DNA of 16,481 bases from Vitrella brassicaformis CCMP3155 (lineage: Eukaryota; Protista; Chromerida): NCBI GenBank assembly GCA_001179505.1, contig CDMY01000830.1, positions 1 through 16,481 on the forward strand, written 5' to 3'. The position numbers and the translations under genes were made by a program. Under the pieces are notes generated by a model, which worked only from the letters and a program-made list of their open reading frames with translations, searched no databases and was not told the origin of the DNA. Shown piece after piece: positions 9,001 through 16,481 of this stretch (position 1 is its first letter; each line of letters starts with the position of its first letter).

Positions 9001-12000
9001 CCCTGGTCGATCCTCAGAGTTGTTTGTGACTGGTCGCACCCGTGACATGATCGTGGTCCGCGACCGTCGCTTCTTCCCCCAGGATCTGGAGGAGGAGATC
9101 GAGAAAAGCTGCGTCATCGTCAAGCCGGGAGGTGTGGTGTGCTTCGCCATGGGCGAGGAAGGAAGCGATGCCGTCGGCGTGGCGGCAGAGCTGCAGATCG
9201 ATTGCCTCAAGCAGCTGGGCGTCCGCGACTCGACCGGTCGGTCCGGCCGGAAGAACAACCCACTCAGCTGGTTCCGATGCAACGCTAGCGACATGAGCCA
9301 AGCGGACGAGTCGTTCTTCAAGAGTGTCTCCGACGACATATGGAGGGCCGTCGAGACCAAGGTCGGCCCGGCAGTGCATAAGGTGTGGCTGTTGAAGCCA
9401 CAAAGCCTCCCCAAGACGACTTCTGGCAAGCTGCACCGCTCGAGAGCCAGCCAGGAGCTGTCAGATGGAACGCTGGACGGCGTGCTTCTATCCGTGGAGG
9501 GCAAGCCTGTCCCTGTGGAGCGCCCATCCATCAAGCAGGACACGGGCGTCATCGACTACCTGAGGAGCCTACAGAGCGGAGACAACCGCAGCGAGGTCAG
9601 TTCCGCCCCCTCGTCGCCGCGCGTGGGCGACCGCCCTTCCCCATCCCTCTTGTGTGAGCGGTTCGCCATCGGCACCCAATCGCAGCGATCGCTCTCTGTT
9701 GCCACCAGCTCGGCAGGCGACATGTCGCCCACCCATGTCGGGGCTGAAGGCAGCACGCTACTGGATTCCGCAAGTGAGGCGCTCGTCACGTCGGACGATG
9801 GCCATGACTCACCATCCGGCGAGGGCGCTGATGTGGTGGCGCCCGTCACAGCGCCCCCAATGGACGACAACGTCCGCAACAAGGTGCCTCGCGAGCTCAC
9901 TCAGCTGGACGTATCGCTGATTCACGGACGTGTCCAAGCAGTGGTCTTGGAGACCGTCGTGGAAGCCGTGAGTGGCTCGGCCATCGACCCCAGCAGTGTG
10001 ACGCTCGACACGCCCCTTCCAGAGCTCGGGATCGACTCCCTCATGGCTGTCGAGATCCGCGACACTATCTCGCAGAAGGTGGGTGTGGAGATTCCCTCGA
10101 CCACCCTGTTCGACTACCCCAGTCTACACGAGGTGGTCGATTTCATCACCAAAGAGATCGTGAACCTCCGTGACAACATCGCGTCTGAGAGTGCTGAGGC
10201 GTCCCGGAGCGAGCCTGCCAGTCTCCCCAGTCCCGTCACCACGGTTACGGCGAATGCGGTGGTGATTGTGGGAGCCGCATGTCGTCTTCCTGGCCATTCG
10301 ACGTCCCCCCTGGCGTACTGGTCGATGGTCATGCAGCACACAGATTGCGTGATGGACGTGCCGCTCACTCGATGGAACATGGCCGACTACTACGATCCAG
10401 ACCCCGACTCCGTTTGGTCGGCATACGTGACGCAGGGGGCCTTCATGGAGCACACGGACCTTTTCGACAACGGCTTCTTCGGCATCAGCCCTGTGGAGGT
10501 GCCAACCATGGATCCCCAGCAGCGGATGATGCTTGAGGTCGGATATGAGGCCCTTCACTCTGCTGGCATGCCCAAAGAGAAGCTCACCGGCAGGGACTAC
10601 GGTGTCTTCATCGGATGCTGCAACAACGATTGGCAGTTTGTCAATCCATCGCAGAAGGGCAGCAGCTACTCGGGCACGGGAGGCGCAACCAGCATCGTCG
10701 CCAATCGTGTCAGCTACTGCTTTGGACTCAGGTGGGCTGTAAGACCAAGTCGATATGTCAAAGTGATCACACGTGAACTTCACGGACCCTGTCTATGTAA
10801 CTTTCGCTTTCAGGGGTCCAAGTCTGTCATGTGACACGGCCTGTTCATCGTCACTCGTCGCAATGGACACCGCAATGAAGCACATGCGAGCAGGTGAGTC
10901 ACTGCTTCTTCGTTCGCCCCACCTTCGCTTTCATTTCTGTTCGCATCTCCGTATCCATAGGCATGACTGGTGCACTGGTTGGAGGCGTCAACCTCATGCT
11001 GGCGCCGAATCTGTTCATCGCCTTCTGCAAGGCTCGGATGCTTGCTGCCGATCACAAGTGCAAGACGTTCGATGCCAAGGCCAACGGCTACGTGAGGGGC
11101 GAAGGTGTGGTGGCCCTCTACCTGCGACAAGCGGCAGAGGCGCAGGCTGACCACATGGAGCCGCTGGCGATCGTCAGGGGGACTGCGATCAACCACGTGG
11201 GCAAGAGCGTCAGTCTCACAGCCCCTTACGCCCCTGCCCAAGCCGACTGCATCCGCAGTGCGCTCGCACAAGCCGGTGTGTCGCCGGCTGACGTGACGTA
11301 CATGGAGGCTCATGGGACGGGCACACTGCTCGGGGACCCCATCGAGATGACGGGCCTCAAGTCGGTGTTTGGGAGCCACCGGACTGAGGAGAACCCGCTC
11401 ATCATCGGCGCTGTCAAGACCAACATTGGTCATTCGGAGGGACCGTCGGGCATCTCTGGTCTGATCAAGTGCATGCTGACGCTGATTCACGGCATCGCCC
11501 CTCCCAACATTCACATGACCTCCCTCAATCCGCACATCGATGTGGAGTCATTCCCAGTCATCTTCCCCGTCGAGCCCGTCGACCTGAAGTCGCGTGCCCA
11601 TGGGACCCACTTCATCGGCGGCGTGAGCTCGTTCGGCTTCGGAGGGGCCAACGGGCACGTGGTGATTGAGGCCAGCACCACCTCGCTGCCGGCTCTCGAG
11701 AAGAACGAGTCACAGATGCCGACATGGAACCACAAGTCTTACCCCTGGAGCAACATCCGTCACCCCATCCTCGACACCAAGAAGATCTGGGACATCGATA
11801 AGGATTGGAAGGTCGACGTACCGATGAGAGACGATGTCAAGGAGTTCTTTCTCGACCACATCGTGGCCAACACGCCCCTGATGCCCGGCGCGGGCTACAT
11901 CGAGCTGATGGCTGCCGTGGGGTCGCATGCAAGCAGCAGTGCCGCAGTCAGCACGGAGATCTGCCCGAGGAAGGTCGTCACCATCGAGAACCTTGCCTTC

Positions 12001-15000
12001 GAGCAGCCCATGGTGTTGAGCGCCGAGCAGGCCATCGAGATCGTGACGCGGAAGGATACAAAGGGCTTCACTGAAATCTGCAGCAGGCCGCCAGGAGCGC
12101 ACGGTGACGAGGCAAGACATGCTGTCGGGACCATCACGTCAGTGACCGACCTGAAACCGATAGCAGAAACCACGCTCGAGACGCTCCAGGCTGGCTGCAC
12201 CACTGAGGTGCCGACGAGGCTCTTCTACGAGGAGCTGAGCAAGTCTGGCCTCGGGTATGCCACACGCTTCCAGACCGTCAAAGAACTCTACATGGGCGAT
12301 GGAGAGGTGATGGCCAAGCTTTCTGCCAACTCACCAGCGACCTTCGAGGCGGGCTTCCGGGTCCATCCTGCAATCCTCGACGGCGCATTCCAGGCGACGG
12401 CCGTCCTCCTCCATTCCAACCCAGAGGCCTTCACCGTACGATCACGCACCCCTGGACGACCACGCACCCCTCGCACCCCTCGCACCCCTCGCACCCCTCG
12501 GGCAGCCACCGGCTCGAAGCCATCGTCACCGCTCGTCCCCGTGGGCGTCTCGCGAGCGGTCATCAGGACCCTCAGCAGCAAGGAGTACTGGGCTCACGTT
12601 CGCCTGTTGGAGAAGGGAGCCAACGATGCCAAGGCTGCAGTGACGCTGTACCAGGTGGTCAGCGTGTCCGGGCAGAGGGTCAACCTGCGGCCAGTCACAA
12701 CCATTGAGGAGCTATCTCTTCGCAAGATCGACTTGTCTGCGCGCATCGAGATCCCTCGCGAGCTGCTGTGGCAGCTGGATTGGCGGGAGCGCGCAGAGCC
12801 GTCCGCCGAGGACCAGCCAGCAGCCGACGCCGATGCATCCATCCTCGTCATCAGCCACGATCAGTCGTTTGCCGAGGAAGTGAGCACGTCGCTTAAGCGC
12901 CAGACGTCCGTCCTCAGCGGGCTGCCGAGCGCCGAGGCCATCGGCGAGAGTCTGGACAAGAGCGAGTGCAGCACCGTGCTGTACGTGGCGGCTCTGGAGG
13001 AGGCGAGCGATCCCGTGGACGTGCTTGACGGCTTCCTGCAGCTATGCAAGGCCATGTCTGCCCGCAAGGGCGGCTCGCTGCCCTTCGTGTGGGCGCCTGT
13101 GCTGTCGGTTGAGGGCCATGATGGGGTGCCGCCGCGGCACTCGGGCCTGTGGGGCTTCGCCAAGAGCGCTCGGCTTGAAATGGAGATGGAGATGAGCCGC
13201 CGAGTGACGATCGGCTGCATCGAGGTGGCTCAGCAGTCGACGGCCGAGTGGTGCGATGCCGTCAAGCTGGTGATGGAGAGGCAGGCAGAGGCGCCATACG
13301 AGCCTGAAGTGTCCGTCAGAGGAAAGCAGCTGATGATTCCGCGGCTCGCCAAGGCCGCGCTGCCGGTGAGGGGGGCGATTGAGCTCCACATGGCCGAGCG
13401 GGGGGCGATATCCAACCTACGACTGAGGCCCCAGAAGCAGCCGGACAACGTGCAGCTGCCCGAGGGGTGCGTGATCGTCCGTGTGCGTGCGGTTGGATTG
13501 AATTTCCGTGACGTGTTGAACGTGATGGGTTTGTATCCTGGCGACCCGGGTCCGCCTGGCGGCGATTGCTCGGGGACGGTCGTGAGTGTTGGAGCCGGTG
13601 TGACGCATCTGAGTGTGGGCGATGATGTGTACGGTGTTGCGCCAGGGTGTCTGCGGACGTATGTGGCCACGGATGCCCACTTGATGGCCATCAAGCCGGT
13701 GACCATGTCGTTCGAGCAAGCCGCGGCGCTGCCAGTCGTCTTCGTCACCGTCGAAGTCGCCTTCAGGGAGCTCGCCAAGGTCCACAAGGGNNNNNNNNNN
13801 NNNNNNNNNNNNNNNNNNNNNNNNNNNNNNNNNNNNNNNNNNNNNNNNNNNNNNNNNNNNNNNNNNNNNNNNNNNNNNNNNNNNNNNNNNNNNNNNNNNN
13901 NNNNNNNNNNNNNNNNNNNNNNNNNNNNNNNNNNNNNNNNNNNNNNNNNNNNNNNNNNNNNNNNNNNNNNNNNNNNNNNNNNNNNNNNNNNNNNNNNNNN
14001 NNNNNNNNNNNNNNNNNNNNNNNNNNNNNNNNNNNNNNNNNNNNNNNNNNNNNNNNNNNNNNNNNNNNNNNNNNNNNNNNNNNNNNNNNNTTGCTTTACT
14101 CATTTGTCTCTTTGCTTGTCTGTTTGCTTGTGTATTTGTCGTGTACGTGTCACTCAATCACTCAATCAATCAATCAATGCGTTCAGGTGATGGGTGCGTG
14201 GCATCTGCACGAGCACTGCGTCCGTGAGTGTGTTGACCTGGATCACTTCGTCATGTTCTCGTCGGTGGCGTCGATGCTGGGCAACTTCGGCCAGAGCAAC
14301 TACGCTGCGGCGAATGCGTGCCTCGACGCGCTGTCGGTGTACCGGCGGTCGAGTGGGCTGAGTGGCCAGTCGATCCAGTGGGGCCCGTGGCTCGAGCAGG
14401 GCATGGCGGCCCACATGACGCAGCAGTACCTGGACAAGGTCGGCATGCGAGGGCTGTCCAACGAGCTGGGCCTGCGGGTGCTCGGCGACGTCATGAGGTC
14501 AACCACTGCTGTAAGCTCAAGTGGTTGTCCGGCTGTGGTGGGCTGCCAGTCGCTGCAGTGGGGCAGCTTCCTGCAACGCTACGAGGTGGAGCCCTTGCCG
14601 TCGTTCCTTTCGGACGTCATCCCCGCAGACAGGGGACTGGGAGGCGGTGCAGGCCCCGACAGCGAGGTCACTCAGGCCCTGCTGCAGATGGACGACGATG
14701 CCCTCAAGGAATACGTCTACAAGACTGTCCTCGAGACGGCACAGGAAGTCTTCGGCGGCAGCGAGGACAACATCCCGCCCCTCGACGCCCCGCTGCAGGA
14801 GTGGGGCATCGACTCGCTCGGAGCGGTCGAGTTCAGGAACGCCCTCGCGGCACGACTGGGCGTCAAGCTGCCCGCCACCACTCTCTTCGACTACCCCACC
14901 CTCAGAGGCATCATTGGTTTCATCGTCTCGGAGATCCAGGGCAAGTCGGCAAGCAAGACCGGCAAGCAGCACAAAGGCAAAGCAGCAGAGGCAGCAACCA

Positions 15001-16481
15001 GGACCCTCGCCTCTGGAGCCCACCCGCGCAGCGGCGCCCTGTCTGTTCAGTCACTGGCTACCACAGACAGCGACCGGCTGGCGGTGGTGGGTCTGTCGTG
15101 CCGGCTGCCCGGCGGGTCCAACGGTGTGTCGCGGTTCTGGGAGATGCTCATGAACGAGACGCACTGCATTGAGGAGATCCCTCTGACGCGCTGGAACGTG
15201 GACGAGTGGTACGACGCGGACCCTGATGCCCGGAGCAAGATCTACACGCGCGAGGCGGCCTTCATCGACAATGCCGAGTACTTTGACAACGGGTTCTTCA
15301 ATATTTCCCCTGCAGAGGTAACGGTCATGGACCCGCAGCAGCGGCTGATGCTCGAGGTCGGCTACGAGGCCTTCCACAGCGCGGGCATGGGTCGCGAGGA
15401 GCTCCTCGGACAGAACATGGGCGTCTTCATCGGGTGCTGCAACCAAGACTGGAACTTCGTCAACATCACCGAGAAGAGCAGCAGCTACTCGGGCACGGGA
15501 GGCGCAACCAGCATCGTCGCCAATCGTGTCAGCTACATCTTCGGCCTCAAGGGCCCCAGCATGACACTCGACACGGCCTGCTCCTCGTCACTCGTCGCCC
15601 TCGACTCGGCCGTCAAGAACACCCAGCTCGGCGTCTGCCAGGACGGCGCCCTCGTGGGAGGCGTCAACCTCATGCTCTCTCCCTTCGCCTTCGTCGCCTT
15701 CTCAAAGGCCCGCATGCTCGCCCCCGACTGCAAGTGCAAGACGTTCGACGCCAAGGCCAACGGCTACGTCAGGGGCGAAGGCGCCGGAGCAGTGGTGCTG
15801 CGCCGAGCGAGCGACCTTGGCAACCGCAGCCAACAAGCGCTGGCGACCATTGTCGGGTGTGCCGTCAACCACGATGGGCGGAGCGCCAGTCTGACGGCTC
15901 CCAATGGCCCTGCGCAGCAAGAGGTGCTTCGATCGACCTTGGCTCAGGCCAGCCTGTCGCCCTCTGACGTGTCGTACATCGAGACGCACGGCACGGGCAC
16001 CGCTCTGGGCGATCCCATCGAGCTGGGCGCGCTCAAGAGTGTGTTCGGTACTGAAGGGGCGGAGGGGGAGGACGCGACGATCCGGATGGCTCATCCGCTG
16101 GTGCTGGGCGCTCTCAAGACCAACATCGGGCACCTGGAGGGATCGGCAGGCATCTCGGGGCTCATCAAGCTCATCCTCACTCTCCTGCACGGTGTCGCGC
16201 CGCCCAACCTGCACTTCCATCAGCTCAACCCCCACATCGACATGGACGGATTCAACGTCGTCCTGCCGACGCAGCCCGTCAAGCTTCTCAGGAACAAGAG
16301 CAGCCAGCAGCAAGAGCAAGACGAGGCCATGCCGGTCCTGGTGGGCGGCGTCAGTTCCTTCGGCTTCGGCGGCGCCAACGCCCACGCCCTCATCCAGTGC
16401 CACCCCATCAGCCAGTCGTCGACAACAACGGTGCAGGAGCTGCTCGAGACGGGAGGTTTGTCAGCGGCGGCCCGGCAGTCT
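6055..16481 (+). CDS. Modular type I polyketide synthase / FAS-like megasynthase, 3'-partial: FAAL-ACP-KS-DH-psiKR-ER-[gap]-KR-ACP-KS..., with an AT-less module 1
   Basis: Hand-spliced exons: 6055-6718, 6806-6835, 6961-7773, 7860-8128, 8222-8275, 8349-8438, 8528-8648, 8724-8942, 9018-10731, 10814-10893, 10961->13790 (gap), 14187->16481. All visible introns are GT-AG and phase-consistent. The ATG at 6055 follows an in-frame upstream TGA at 6007. Domain motifs are listed in the entries below. Continuity across the gap is inferred from ER-then-KR domain order. Confidence 0.92.
6451..9480 (+). other. FAAL loading domain of the PKS (FAAL-2), with degenerate ATP-binding motifs
   Basis: [73 protein letters not shown](V)[47 protein letters not shown] (Lys codon 9428-9430). 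Confidence 0.88.
6719..6960 (+). repeat. Tetranucleotide microsatellites in PKS introns 1-2: (CAAT)n, (GAAT)n, (GACA)n, (CATT)n
   Basis: Seen directly around the 30-nt exon 6806-6835. Confidence 0.9.
9932..10160 (+). other. ACP domain 1 (loading ACP)
   Basis: [16 protein letters not shown]...[12 protein letters not shown]; phosphopantetheine Ser codon 10037-10039. Confidence 0.92.
10256..11670 (+). other. Ketosynthase domain KS1 (contains two introns)
   Basis: [28 protein letters not shown] (Cys 10842-10844 on the 80-nt exon 10814-10893), [30 protein letters not shown]; catalytic triad intact. Confidence 0.95.
11761..12735 (+). other. Dehydratase domain
   Basis: HPILD start, [17 protein letters not shown] (His 11857-11859), [11 protein letters not shown] (Asp 12379-12381). 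Confidence 0.9.
12445..12498 (+). repeat. Coding 9-bp tandem repeat (CGCACCCCT) encoding Arg-Thr-Pro units inside the DH domain
   Basis: One copy at 12445-12453, a GGACGACCA spacer, then four perfect copies at 12463-12498; translates [18 protein letters not shown]. Confidence 0.95.
12760..13350 (+). other. Structural (non-catalytic) KR subdomain (psiKR)
   Basis: LWQLDWRE...ILVISHD...VLYVAAL...[11 protein letters not shown]...[12 protein letters not shown], in the usual position between DH and ER. Confidence 0.75.
13375..13790 (+). other. Enoylreductase domain, N-terminal half (truncated by the gap)
   Basis: [56 protein letters not shown]. The NADPH-binding GGVG region is not visible. Confidence 0.9.
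13791..14090. other. Assembly gap (300 N) inside the PKS, hiding the ER C-half and KR N-half
   Basis: Run of N seen directly; it starts in coding sequence and ends inside an intron (14091-14186 with (CAAT)n and a TTCAG acceptor). Confidence 1.
14187..14620 (+). other. Ketoreductase catalytic subdomain, C-terminal half
   Basis: VMGAWHLHE...[32 protein letters not shown]...SIQWGPW; catalytic Tyr 14301-14303. No A-type Trp, so B-type is likely; the LDD motif lies in the gap. Confidence 0.9.
14710..14940 (+). other. ACP domain 2
   Basis: [38 protein letters not shown]; Ser codon 14814-14816. Confidence 0.93.
15075..16400 (+). other. Ketosynthase domain KS2 (intronless)
   Basis: [28 protein letters not shown] (Cys 15579-15581), [43 protein letters not shown]. 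Confidence 0.95.

Noticed and set aside
1-9480. NRPS adenylation domains / hybrid NRPS-PKS
   Set aside because: The motifs (WxPxxHDxGL, PNFAY, GRxKDxI, KTTSGK) are FAAL/FadD-like; there is no condensation domain or amino-acid specificity Asp motif.
11428-11442. GHSEG matches the AT/thioesterase GHSxG nucleophile motif
   Set aside because: It is the KS second-His motif (KTNIGHSEG) within a continuous KS fold, not an acyltransferase.
12445-12498. Short direct repeats as a CRISPR array or transposon footprint
   Set aside because: They are contiguous 9-bp in-frame coding units without spacers, in a eukaryotic exon.
12760-13350. C-methyltransferase between DH and ER
   Set aside because: No SAM-binding LExGxGxG motif; length and motifs fit the structural KR subdomain.
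9932-14940. Beta-branching ACPs or non-elongating KS0 domains
   Set aside because: Neither ACP has the GxDSxxxxxW signature, and both KSs keep HGTGT.
8932-16408. Long minus-strand and off-frame ORFs over the PKS (e.g. 10124-10783, 10810-11535, 14318-15172, 15702-16403)
   Set aside because: Shadows of GC3-rich coding sequence; they lack motifs and overlap clear PKS domains in another frame or strand.

Overview
Eukaryotic, GC-rich genomic DNA with short GT-AG introns full of microsatellites and two 300-N scaffold gaps. The style and the apicomplexan-like ACP motif ([12 protein letters not shown]) suggest an alveolate such as the chromerid Vitrella; this is inference, not a search result. The window holds a candidate lipid/polyketide gene cluster. 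(1) A spliced minus-strand fatty acyl-AMP ligase (FAAL) gene starts at ATG 2831 and runs off the 5' edge just before its KTTSGK motif. (2) A divergently oriented plus-strand modular type I PKS starts at ATG 6055 and runs off the 3' edge, with architecture FAAL-ACP-KS-DH-psiKR-ER-[gap]-KR-ACP-KS. Module 1 has no AT domain (trans-AT type). (3) One or two poorly resolved small spliced genes lie between them. The two FAALs are old intron-sharing paralogues with a shared lineage-specific insertion, but the PKS-fused copy has lesions in three ATP/AMP-binding motifs. The two longest real exons (1-636 minus, 14187-16481 plus) are absent from the ORF track because they run off the window. Most long ORFs in the track are antisense or off-frame shadows.
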